From NCBI GenBank assembly GCA_964016885.1, contig OZ024744.1, forward strand, positions 130,076,001-130,140,000: 64,000 nucleotides of DNA, in the 5' to 3' direction. A program made the position numbers and the translations under genes. The DNA is from Eledone cirrhosa (Eukaryota). How positions within the stretch are numbered: position 1 is the stretch's first letter; each line of letters starts with the position of its first letter. The notes under the pieces are model-generated. The model was not told where the DNA came from. It worked only from the letters and a program-made list of their open reading frames with translations, and searched no databases. Positions 1 to 11,535 of the stretch are shown in pieces.

Positions 1-613
1 GTTGGGGTTAAGTTAAGTTGGGGTTAAGTTAAGTTGGGGTTAAGTTACGTTGGGGTTAAGTTAAGTTGGGGTTAGGTTAAGTTGGGGCTAAGTTAAGTTG
101 GGGTTAAGTTAAGTTGGGGTTACGTTAAGTTGGGGGTAAGTTAAGTTGGTGGTAAGTTAAGTTGGGGGTAAGTTAAGATGGGGTTAAGTTAAGTTGGGGT
201 TAATTTAATTTGGGGTTAAGTTAAGTTGGGGTTAAGTTAAGTTGGGGTTAAGTTGGAGTTAAGTTAAGTTGGGGGTAAGTTAAGTTGGGGTTAAGTTAAG
301 TTGGGGTTAAGATAAGTTGGGGTTAAGTTAAGTTGGGGTTGAGCTAAGTTGGGGTTGAGTTAATTTGGGGTTAAGTTAAGTTGGGGTTAAGTTAAGTTGG
401 GTTTAAGTTAAGTTGGGGTTAAGTTAAGTTGGGGTTAAATTAAGTTGGGGTTAAGCTAAGTTGGGGTTAAGTTAAATTGAGGTTAAGTTAAGTTGGGGTT
501 AATTTAAGTTGGGGTTAAGCTAAGTTGGGGTTAAGTTAAATTGAGGTTAAGTTAAGTTGGGGTTAAGTTAAGTTGGGGTTAATTTAAGTTGGGGCTAAGT
601 AAAGTTGGGGCTA

Positions 614-3600
614 AGTTAAGTGGGGGTTAATTTAAGTTAGGGTTGAGTTAAGTTGGGGTTAAGTTAACTTTGGGTTAAGTTAAGTTGGGTTTGAGTTAAG
701 TTGGGGTTAATTAAGTTGGGGTTAAGTTAAGTTGGGGTTAAGTTAAGTTGGGGTTAAGTTAAGTTGGGGTTAAGTTAAGTTGCGGTTAAGTTAAGTTGAG
801 GTTAAGTTAAGTTGGGGTTAAGTGAAGTTGCGGTTAAGTTAAGTTGGGGCTAAGTTAAGTTGGGGCTTAGTTAAGTTGGGGTTAAGTTAAGTTGGGGTTA
901 AGTTAAGGTGGGGTTTAGTTAAGTTGGGGTCAACTAAAGTTGGGGTTAAGTTAAGTTGGGGTTCACTTAAGTTGGGGTTAAGTTAAGTTGGGGTTAAGTT
1001 AAGTTGGGGTTTATTTAAGTTGGGGTTCAGTTAATTTGGGGTTAAGTTAAGTTTGGGTTTAGTTGGGGTTAAATTAAGTTGGGGTTAAGTTAAGTTGGGG
1101 TTAAGTTACGTTGGGGTTAATTTAAGTTGGGGTTAAGTTAAGTTGCGGGTAATTTAAGTTGGGGTTAAGTTAAGTTGGGGTTAAGTTAAGTTGGGGTTAA
1201 GTTAAGTTGGGGGTAAGTTAAGTTGGGGGTAAGTTAAGTTGGGGGTAAGTTAAGTTGGGGTTAAGTTAAGTTGGGCTAAAAGTTAAGTTGGGGTTAAGTT
1301 AAGTTAGGGTTAAGTTAAGTTGGGGTTGAGTTAAGTTGGGGTTAAGTTAAGTTGGGGTTATGTTAAGTTGGGGTTAAGTTAAATTGGGGTTAATTTAACT
1401 TTGTGGTTAAGTTAAGTTGGGGTTAATTTAAGTTGGGGTTAAGTTAAGTTGGAGTTAAGTTAAGTTGGGGTTAAGTTAAGTTGGGGTTAATTTAAGTTGC
1501 GGTTAAGTTAAGTTGAGGTTAAGTTAAGTTGGGGTTAAGTTAAGTTGGGGTTAAGTTAAGTTGGGGCTAAGTTAAGTTGGGGCTAAGTTAAGTTGGGGCT
1601 TAGTTAAGTTGGGGTTAAGTTAAGTTGGGGTTAAGTTAAGGTGTGGTTTAGTTAAGTTGGGGTCAACTAATGTTGGGGTTAAGTTAAGTTGGGGTTTATT
1701 TAAGTTGGGGTTCAGTTAATTTGGGGTTAAGTTAAGTTTGGGTTAAGTTGGGGTTAAATTAAGTTGGGGTTAAGTTAAGTTGGGGTTAAGTTAAGTTGGG
1801 GTTAAGTTAAGTTGGGGTTAAGTTAAGTTGGGGGTAAGTTAAGTTGGGGGTAAGTTAAGTTGGTGTTAAGTTAAGTTGGGGTTAAGTTAAGTTGGGGTTA
1901 AGTTAAGTTGGGTTTAAGTTAAGTTGGGGCTGAGTTAAGTTAGGGCTAAGTTAAGTTGGAGTTAAGTAAAGTTAGGGCTAAGTTAAGTTGGGGTTAAGTT
2001 AAGTTGGGGTTAATTTAAGTTGGGGTTACATTAAGATGAGGTTAAGTTAAGTTGGTGTTAAGTTAAGTTGGGGTTAATTTAAGTTAAGTTGGGGTTAAGT
2101 TAAGTTGGGGTTAAGTTAAGTTGGGGTTAATTTCAGTTGGGGTTGAGTTAAGTTGGGGTTAAGTTTAGTTGGGGTTAAGTTAAGTTGGGGTTGAGTTAAG
2201 TTGGGGTTAAGTTAAGTTGGGGCTAAGTTAAGTTCGGGTTAAGTTAAGTTGGTGTTAAGTTAAGTTGGGGTTAAGTTAAGTTGGGGCTAAGTTAAGTTGG
2301 GTCTAAGTTAAGTTGGGGTTAAGTTAAGTTGGGGTTAAGTTAAGTTAGGGTTAATTTAAGTTGGGGTTATGTTAAGTTGGGGTTAAGTTAAGTTGGGGTT
2401 AAGTTAGGTTGGTGTTAAGTTAAGTTGGGGGTAAGTTAAGTTGGGGGTAAGTTAAGTTGGTGTTAAGTTAAGTTGGGGTCAAGTTAAGTTGGGGTTAAGT
2501 TAAGTTGGGTTTAAGTTAAGTTGGGGCTAAGTTAAGTTAGGGCTAAGTTAAGTTGGGGCTGAGTTAAGTTGGGGTTAAATTAAGTTGGGGTTAAGTTAAG
2601 TTGGGGGTAAGATAAGTTGGGGTTAGTTAAGTTGCGGTTAAGTTAAGTTGGGGTTAAGTTAAGTTGGGGTTAATTTGATTTGGGGTAAAGTTAAGTTGGG
2701 GTTAAGTTAAGTTGGGGTTAATTTAAGTTGGGGTTAAGTTAAGTTGGGGTTAATTTAAGTTGGGGTTAATTTAAGTTGGGGTTAAGTTAAGTTGGGGTTA
2801 AGTTAAGTTGGGGTTAAGTTAAGTTGGGGGTAAGTTAAGTTGGGGTTAAGTTAAGTTGGGGTTAAGTTGGGGTTAAGTTAAGTGGGGGTTAATTTAAGTT
2901 AGGGTTGAGTTAAGTTGGGGTTAAGTTAACTTTGGGTTAAGTTAAGTTGGGTTTGAGTTAAGTTGGGGTTAATTAAGTTGGGGTTAAGTTAAGTTGGGGT
3001 TAAGTTAAGTTGGGGTTAAGTTAAGTTGGGGTTAAGTTAAGTTGCGGTTAAGTTAAGTTGAGGTTAAGTTAAGTTGGGGTTAAGTGAAGTTGCGGTTAAG
3101 TTAAGTTGGGGCTAAGTTAAGTTGGGGCTTAGTTAAGTTGGGGTTAATTTAAGTTGGGGTTAAGTTAAGGTGGGGTTTAGTTAAGTTGGGGTCAACTAAA
3201 GTTGGGGTTAAGTTAAGTTGGGGTTCACTTAAGTTGGGGTTAAGTTAAGTTGGGGTTAAGTTAAGTTGGGGTTTATTTAAGTTGGGGTTCAGTTAATTTG
3301 GGGTTAAGTTAAGTTTGGGTTTAGTTGGGGTTAAATTAAGTTGGGGTTAAGTTAAGTTGGGGTTAAGTTACGTTGGGGTTAATTTAAGTTGGGGTTAAGT
3401 TAAGTTGCGGGTAATTTAAGTTGGGGTTAAGTTAAGTTGGGGTTAAGTTAAGTTGGGGTTAAGTTAAGTTGGGGGTAAGTTAAGTTGGGGGTAAGTTAAG
3501 TTGGGGGTAAGTTAAGTTGGGGTTAAGTTAAGTTGGGGTTAAGTTAAGTTGGGGTTAAGTTAAGTTAGGGTTAAGTTAAGTTGGGGTTGAGTTAAGTTGG

Positions 3601-4940
3601 GGTTAAGTTAAGTTGGGGTTATGTTAAGTTGGGGTTAAGTTAAATTGGGGTTAATTTAACTTTGTGGTTAAGTTAAGTTGGGGTTAATTTAAGTTGGGGT
3701 TAAGTTAAGTTGGAGTTAAGTTAAGTTGGGGTTAAGTTAAGTTGGGGTTAATTTAAGTTGCGGTTAAGTTAAGTTGAGGTTAAGTTAAGTTGGGGTTAAG
3801 TTAAGTTGGGGTTAAGTTAAGTTGGGGTTAAGTTAAGTTGGGGTTAAGTTAAGTTGGGGTTAAGTTAAGTTGGGGTTAAGTTAAGTTGGGGTTAAGTTAA
3901 GTTGGGGTTAAGTTAAGTTGGGGGTAAGTTAAGTTGGGGGTAAGTTAAGTTGGTGTTAAGTTAAGTTGGGTTTAAGTTAAGTTGGGGCTGAGTTAAGTTA
4001 GGGCTAAGTTAAGTTGGAGTTAAGTAAAGTTAGGGCTAAGTTAAGTTGGGGTTAAGTTAAGTTGGGGTTAATTTAAGTTGGGGTTACATAAAGATGAGGT
4101 TAAGTTAAGTTGGTGTTAAGTTAAGTTGGGGTTAATTTAAGTTAAGTTGGGGTTAAGTTAAGTTGGGGTTAAGTTAAGTTGGGGTTAATTTCAGTTGGGG
4201 TTGAGTTAAGTTGGGGTTAAGTTTAGTTGGGGTTAAGTTAAGTTGGGGTTGAGTTAAGTTGGGGTTAAGTTAAGTTGGGGCTAAGTTAAGTTCGGGTTAA
4301 GTTAAGTTGGTGTTAAGTTAAGTTGGGGTTAAGTTAAGTTGGGGCTAAGTTAAGTTGGGTCTAAGTTAAGTTGGGGTTAAGTTAAGTTGGGGTTAAGTTA
4401 AGTTAGGGTTAATTTAAGTTGGGGTTATGTTAAGTTGGGGTTAAGTTAAGTTGGGGTTAAGTTAGGTTGGTGTTAAGTTAAGTTGGGGGTAAGTTAAGTT
4501 GGGGGTAAGTTAAGTTGGTGTTAAGTTAAGTTGGGGTCAAGTTAAGTTGGGGTTAAGTTAAGTTGGGTTTAAGTTAAGTTGGGGCTAAGTTAAGTTAGGG
4601 CTAAGTTAAGTTGGGGCTGAGTTAAGTTGGGGTTAAATTAAGTTGGGGTTAAGTTAAGTTGGGGGTAAGATAAGTTGGGGTTAGTTAAGTTGCGGTTAAG
4701 TTAAGTTGGGGTTAAGTTAAGTTGGGGTTAAGTTGATTTGGGGTAAAGTTAAGTTGGGGTTAAGTTAAGTTGGGGTTAATTTAAGTTGGGGTTAAGTTAA
4801 GTTGGGGTTAATTTAAGTTGGGGTTAATTTAAGTTGGGGTTAAGTTAAGTTGGGGTTAAGTTAAGTTGGGGTTAAGTTAAGTTGGGGGTAAGTTAAGTTG
4901 GGGTTAAGTTAAGTTGGGGTTAAGTTGGGGTTAAGTTAAG
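614..4940 (+). repeat. Local tandem duplication, ~2.26-kb unit (about 614-2880 / 2881-4940)
   Basis: AGTGGGGGTTAATTT T 621/2883 and CAACTAAAG C 931/3193 both give +2262. TTACAT C 2029/4087 gives +2058 after an internal deletion. Confidence 0.85.
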
Positions 4941-7900
4941 TTAGGGTTAACTTAAGTTGGGGTTAAGTTAAGTGGTGGTTATGTTAAGTGGTGGTTATGT
5001 TAACTTGGGGTTAAGTTAAGTTGGGGTTAAGTTAAATTGGGGTTAAGTTAAGTTGCGGTTAAGTTAAGTTGGGGTTAAGTTAAGTTGGGGTTAAGTTAAT
5101 TAGGGTTAAGTTAAGTTGGGGTTAAGTTAAGTTGGGGTTAAGTTAAGTTGCGGTTAAGTTAAGTTGGCGTTAAGTTAAGTTGGGGTGAAGTTAAGTTGGG
5201 ATTAAGTTAAGTTGGGGTTAAGTTAAGTTGGGGTTAAGTTAAGTTGGGGTTAAGTTAGATTGTTGTTAAGTTAAGTTGGGGTTAAGTTAAGTTGGGGTTA
5301 ATTTAAGTTGGGGTTAAGTTAAGTCGGGGTTAAGTTGAGTTGGAGTTAGGTTAAGTTGGGGTTAAGTTAAGTTGGGGTTAAGTTAAGTTGGGGTTAAGAT
5401 AAGTTGGGGTTAAGTTAAGTTGGGGTTGAGTTAATTTGGGGTTAACTTAAGTTGGGGTTAACTTAAGTCGGGATTAAGTTAAGTGGGGGTTAAGTTAAGT
5501 TGGGGTTAAATTAAGTTCGGGTTAAGTTAAGTTGGGGTTAAGTTAAGTTGGGGTTAAGTTAGGTTGGGGTTAAGTTAAGTTGGGGGTAAGTTAAGTTGGG
5601 GGTAAGTTCAGTTGGGGTTAAGTTAAGTTGGGGTTGAGTTAAGTTGGGGCTAAGTTAAGTTAGGGTTATGTTAAGTTGGGGTTAATTTAAGTTGGGGTTA
5701 AGTTAAGTTGGGGTTCAATTAAGTTGCGGTTAATTTAAGTTGGGGTTAAGTTAAGTTGGGGTTAAGTTAAGTTGGGGTTAAGTTAAGTTAGGGTTAAGTT
5801 AAGTTGGGGTTAAATTAAGTTGGGGTTAAGTTAAGTTGGGGTTAAGTTAAGTTGGGGTTAAGTTAAGTAGGGGTTAAGTTAAGTTGGGGTTAAGTTAAGT
5901 TGTGGTTAAGTTAAGTTGGGGTTAAGTTAATTTGTGGTTAAGTTAAGTTGGGGTTAAGTTAAGTTGGGGTTAAGTTCAGTCGGGGTTAAGTTAAGTCGGG
6001 GTTAAGTTAAGTTGGGGTTGAGTTAAGTTGGGGTTAAGTTAAGTTGGGGTTAAGATAAGTTGGGGTTAAGTTAAGTTGGGGTTGAGTTAAGTTGGGGTTG
6101 AGTTAATTTGGGGTTAAGTTAAGTTGGAGTTAACTTAAGTTGGGTTTAAGTTAAGTTGGGGTTAAGTTAAGTTGGGGTTAAATTAAGTTGGGGTTAAGTT
6201 AAGTTGGGGGTAAGATAAGTTGGGGTTAGTTAAGTTGCGGTTAAGTTAAGTTGGGGTTAAGTTAAGTTGGGGTTAAGTTAAGTTGGGGTAAAGTTAAGTT
6301 GGGGGTAAGTTAAGTTGGGGGTAAGTTAAGTTGGGGTTAATTTAAGTTAGGTCTAATTAAGTTGGGGTTAAGTTAAGTTGGGGTTAAATTAAGTTGGGGT
6401 TAAGTTAAGTTGGGGTTAAGTTAAGTTGGGGTTAAGTTAAGTTGGGGTTAATTTCAGTTGGGGTTGAGTTAAGTTGGGGTTAAGTTTAGTTGGGGTTAAG
6501 TTAAGTTGGGGTTGAGTTAAGTTGGGGTTAAGTTAAGTTGGGGCTAAGTTAAGTTCGGGTTAAGTTAAGTTGGTGTTAAGTTAAGTTGGGGTTAAGTTAA
6601 GTTGGGACTAAGTTAAGTTGGGTCTAAGTTAAGTTGGGGTTAAGTTAAGTTGGGGTTAAGTTAAGTTAGGGTTAATTTAAGTTGGGGTTATGTTAAGTTG
6701 GGGTTAAGTTAAGTTGGGGTTAAGTTAGGTTGGTGTTAAGTTAAGTTGGGGGTAAGTTAAGTTGGGGGTAAGTTAAGTTGGTGTTAAGTTAAGTTGGGGT
6801 CAAGTTAAGTTGGGGTTAAGTTAAGTTGGGTTTAAGTTAAGTTGGGGTAAGTTAAGTTAGGGCTAAGTTAAGTTGGGGCTGAGTTAAGTTGGGGGTAAGA
6901 TAAGTGGGGGTTAGTTAAGTTGCGGTTAAGTTAAGTTGGGGTTAAGTTAAGTTGGGGTTAAGTTGATTTGGGGTAAAGTTATGTTGGGGTTAAGTTAAGT
7001 TGGGGTTAATTTAAGTTGGGGTTAAGTTAAGTTGGGGTTAATTTAAGTTGGGGTTAATTTAAGTTGGGGTTAAGTTAAGTTGGGGTTAAGTTAAGCTGGG
7101 GTTAAGTTAAGTTGGGGGTAAGTTAAGTTGGGGTTAAGTTAAGTTGGGGTTAAGTTGGGGTTAAGTTAAGTTAGGGTTAACTTAAGTTGGGGTTAAGTTA
7201 AGTGGTGGTTATGTTAAGTGGTGGTTATGTTAACTTGGGGTTAAGTTAAGTTGGGGTTAAGTTAAATTGGGGTTAAGTTAAGTTGCGGTTAAGTTAAGTT
7301 GGGGTTAAGTTAAGTTGGGGTTAAGTTAATTAGGGTTAAGTTAAGTTGAGGTTAAGTTAAGTTGGGGTTAAGTTAAGTTGCGGTTAAGTTAAGTTGGCGT
7401 TAAGTTAAGTTGGGGTGAAGTTAAGTTGGGATTAAGTTAAGTTGGGGTTAAGTTAAGTTGGGGTTAAGTTAAGTTGGGGTTAAGTTAGATTGTTGTTAAG
7501 TTAAGTTGGGGTTAAGTTAAGTTGGGGTTAATTTAAGTTGGGGTTAAGTTAAGTCGGGGTTAAGTTGAGTTGGAGTTAGGTTAAGTTGGGGTTAAGTTAA
7601 GTTGGGGTTAAGTTAAGTTGGGGTTGAGTTAATTTGGAGTTAACTTAAGTTGGGGTTAACTTAAGTCGGGATTAAGTTAAGTGGGGGTTAAGTTAAGTTG
7701 GGGTTAAATTAAGTTCGGGTTAAGTTAAGTTGGGGTTAAGTTAAGTTGGGGTTAAGTTAGGTTGGGGTTAAGTTAAGTTGGGGGTAAGTTAAGTTGGGGG
7801 TAAGTTCAGTTGGGGTTAAGTTAAGTTGGGGTTGAGTTAAGTTGGGGCTAAGTTAAGTTAGGGTTATGTTAAGTTGGGGTTAATTTAAGTTGGGGTTAAG

Positions 7901-8645
7901 TTAAGTTGGGGTTCAATTAAGTTGCGGTTAATTTAAGTTGGGGTTAAGTTAAGTTGGGGTTAAGTTAAGTTGGGGTTAAGTTAAGTTGGGGTTAAGTTAA
8001 GTTGGGGTTAAATTAAGTTGGGGTTAAGTTAAGTTGGGGTTAAGTTAAGTTGGGGTTAAGTTAAGTAGGGGTTAAGTTAAGTTGGGGTTAAGTTAAGTTG
8101 GGGTTAAGTTAAGTTGGGGTTAAGTTAATTTGTGGTTAAGTTAAGTTGGGGTTAAGTTAAGTTGGGGTTAAGTTCAGTCGGGGTTAAGTTAAGTCGGGGT
8201 TAAGTTAAGTTGGGGTTGAGTTAAGTTGGGGTTAAGTTAAGTTGGGGTTAAGATAAGTTGGGGTTAAGTTAAGTTGGGGTTGAGTTAAGTTGGGGTTGAG
8301 TTAATTTGGGGTTAAGTTAAGTTGGAGTTAACTTAAGTTGGGTTTAAGTTAAGTTGGGGTTAAGTTAAGTTGGGGTTAAATTAAGTTGGGGTTAAGTTAA
8401 GTTGGGGGTAAGATAAGTTGGGGTTAGTTAAGTTGCGGTTAAGTTAAGTTGGGGTTAAGTTAAGTTGGGGTTAAGTTAAGTTGGGGTAAAGTTAAGTTGG
8501 GGGTAAGTTAAGTTGGGGGTAAGTTAAGTTGGGGGTAAGTTAAGTTGGGGTTAATTTAAGTTAGGTCTAATTAAGTTGGGGTTAAGTTAAGTTGGGGTTA
8601 AATTAAGTTGGGGTTAAGTTAAGTTGGGGTTAAGTTAAGTTGGGG
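4150..8645 (+). repeat. Local tandem duplication, ~2.2-2.26-kb unit (about 4150-6410 / 6411-8645)
   Basis: TTTCAG C 4192/6455 (+2263), AGTGGTGGTTATG 4971/7201 (+2230), TAGGTCTAATT C 6353/8567 (+2214). Confidence 0.85.
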
Positions 8646-11535
8646 TTAAGTTAAGTTGCGGTTAAGTTAAGTTGAGGTTAAGTTAAGTAGGGGTTAAATT
8701 ATGTTGGGGTTAAGTTAAGTTCGGGTTAAGTTAAGTTGGGGTTAAGTTGAGTTGGGCATAAGTTAAGTTGGGGATAAGTTAAGTTGGGGTTAAGTTAAGT
8801 TGGGTTTAAGTTAAGTTTGGGTTAAGTTAAGTTTGGGTTAAGTTAAGTTGGGGTTAAGTTAAGTTGGTTAGTTAAGTTGAGTTTAAGTTAAGTTGGGGTT
8901 AGTTTAAGTTGGGGTTAAGTTAAGTTGGGGTTAAGTTAAGTTGGGGTTAAGTTAAGTTGGGGTTAAGTTAAGTTGCGGTTAAGTTAAGTTGAGGTTAAGT
9001 TAAGTTGGGGTTAAGTTAAGTTGGGGTTAAGTTAAGTTGGGGCTAAGTTAAGTTGGGGCTAAGTTAAGTTGGGGCTAAGTTAAGTTGGGGTTAAGTTAAC
9101 TTTGGGTTAAGTTAATTTGGGTTTGAGTTAAGTTGGGGTTAATTAAGTTGGGGTTAAGTTAAGTTGGGGTTAAGTTAAGTTGGGGTTAAGTTAAGTTGGG
9201 GTTAAGTTAAGTTGCGGTTAAGTTAAGTTGATGTTAAGTTAAGTTGATGTTAAGTTAAGTTGGGGTTAAGTTAAGTCGGGGTTAAGTTAAGGTGGGGTTA
9301 AGTTAAGTTGGGGTCAACTAAAGTTGGGGTTAAGTTAAGTTGGGGTTAACTTAAGTTGGGGTTAAGTTAAGTTGGGGTTAAGTTGGGGTTAAATTAAATT
9401 GGGGTTAAGTTAAGTTGGGGTTAAGTTAAATGGGGTTAAGTTAAGTTGCGGGTAATTTAAGTTGGGGTTAAGTTAAGTTGGGGTTAAGTTAAGTTGGGGG
9501 TAAGTTAAGTTGGGGGTAAGTTAAGTTGGGGGTAAGTTAAGTTGGGGTTAAGTTAAGTTGGGGTTAAGTTAAGTTGGGGTTAAGTTAAGTTAGGGTTAAG
9601 TTAAGTTGGGGTTGAGTTAAGTTGGGGTTAAGTTAAGTTGGGGTTATGTTAAGTTGGGGTTAAGTTAAGTTGGGGTTAAGTTAAGTTGGGGTTAAGTTAA
9701 GTTGCGGTTAAGTTAAGTTGGGGTTAAATTAAGTTGGGGTTAAGTTAAGTTGGGATTAATTTAAGTTGGGGTTAAGTTAAGTTGGGGTTAAGTTAAGTTG
9801 GGGTTAAGTTAGATTGTTGTTAAGTTAAGTTGAGGTTAAGTTAAGTTGGGGTTAATTTAAGTTGGGGTTAAGTTAGATTGTTGTTAAGTTAAGTTGGGGT
9901 TAATTTAAGTTGGGGTTAAGTTAAGTTGGGGTTAAGTTAAGTTGGGGTTAAGTTAGATTGTTGTTAAGTTAAGTTGGGGTTAAGTTAAGTTGGGGTTAAG
10001 TTAAGTTGGGGTTAAGTTAGATTGTTGTTAAGTTAAGTTGGGGTTAAATTAAGTTGGGGTTAAGTTAAGTTGGGGGTAAGATAAGTTGGGGTTAGTTAAG
10101 TTGCGGTTAAGTTAAGTTGGGGTTAAGTTAAGTTGGGGTTAAGTTAAGTTGGGGTAAAGTTAAGTTGGGGGTAAGTTAAGTTGGGGGTAAGTTAAGTTGG
10201 GGGTAAGTTAAGTTGGGGTTAATTTAAGTTAGGTCTAATTAAGTTGGGGTTAAGTTAAGTTGGGGTTAAATTAAGTTGGGGTTAAGTTAAGTTGGGGTTA
10301 AGTTAAGTTGGGGTTAAGTTAAGTTGCGGTTAAGTTAAGTTGAGGTTAAGTTAAGTAGGGGTTAAATTATGTTGGGGTTAAGTTAAGTTCGGGTTAAGTT
10401 AAGTTGGGGTTAAGTTGAGTTGGGCATAAGTTAAGTTGGGGATAAGTTAAGTTGGGGTTAAGTTAAGTTGGGTTTAAGTTAAGTTTGGGTTAAGTTAAGT
10501 TTGGGTTAAGTTAAGTTGGGGTTAAGTTAAGTTGGTTAGTTAAGTTGAGTTTAAGTTAAGTTGGGGTTAGTTTAAGTTGGGGTTAAGTTAAGTTGGGGTT
10601 AAGTTAAGTTGGGGTTAAGTTAAGTTGGGGTTAAGTTAAGTTGCGGTTAAGTTAAGTTGAGGTTAAGTTAAGTTGGGGTTAAGTTAAGTTGGGGTTAAGT
10701 TAAGTTGGGGCTAAGTTAAGTTGGGGCTAAGTTAAGTTGGGGCTAAGTTAAGTTGGGGTTAAGTTAACTTTGGGTTAAGTTAATTTGGGTTTGAGTTAAG
10801 TTGGGGTTAATTAAGTTGGGGTTAAGTTAAGTTGGGGTTAAGTTAAGTTGGGGTTAAGTTAAGTTGGGGTTAAGTTAAGTTGCGGTTAAGTTAAGTTGAT
10901 GTTAAGTTAAGTTGATGTTAAGTTAAGTTGGGGTTAAGTTAAGTCGGGGTTAAGTTAAGGTGGGGTTAAGTTAAGTTGGGGTCAACTAAAGTTGGGGTTA
11001 AGTTAAGTTGGGGTTAACTTAAGTTGGGGTTAAGTTAAGTTGGGGTTAAGTTGGGGTTAAATTAAATTGGGGTTAAGTTAAGTTGGGGTTAAGTTAAATG
11101 GGGTTAAGTTAAGTTGCGGGTAATTTAAGTTGGGGTTAAGTTAAGTTGGGGTTAAGTTAAGTTGGGGGTAAGTTAAGTTGGGGGTAAGTTAAGTTGGGGG
11201 TAAGTTAAGTTGGGGTTAAGTTAAGTTGGGGTTAAGTTAAGTTGGGGTTAAGTTAAGTTAGGGTTAAGTTAAGTTGGGGTTGAGTTAAGTTGGGGTTAAG
11301 TTAAGTTGGGGTTATGTTAAGTTGGGGTTAACTTAAGTTGGGGTTAAGTTAAGTTGGGGTTAAGTTAAGTTGCGGTTAAGTTAAGTTGGGGTTAAATTAA
11401 GTTGGGGTTAAGTTAAGTTGGGATTAATTTAAGTTGGGGTTAAGTTAAGTTGGGGTTAAGTTAAGTTGGGGTTAAGTTAGATTGTTGTTAAGTTAAGTTG
11501 AGGTTAAGTTAAGTTGGGGTTAATTTAAGTTGGGG
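8359..11535 (+). repeat. Local tandem duplication, 1,668-bp offset (about 8359-10026 / 10027-11535)
   Basis: GGGCATA C 8757/10425 and TTAAATT 8380/10048 both give +1668. The segment is present only once in the paralogous block at ~27840-29330. Confidence 0.88.

Noticed and set aside
637-642. Vertebrate-type TTAGGG hexamers (here and scattered elsewhere)
   Set aside because: These are isolated single G>A variants of TTGGGG and never occur in tandem.
5559-5569. Exact TTAGGTTGGGG bee-type telomere motif
   Set aside because: It is one substitution from consensus and is spread by block duplication. It is not independent evidence of a relic telomere.
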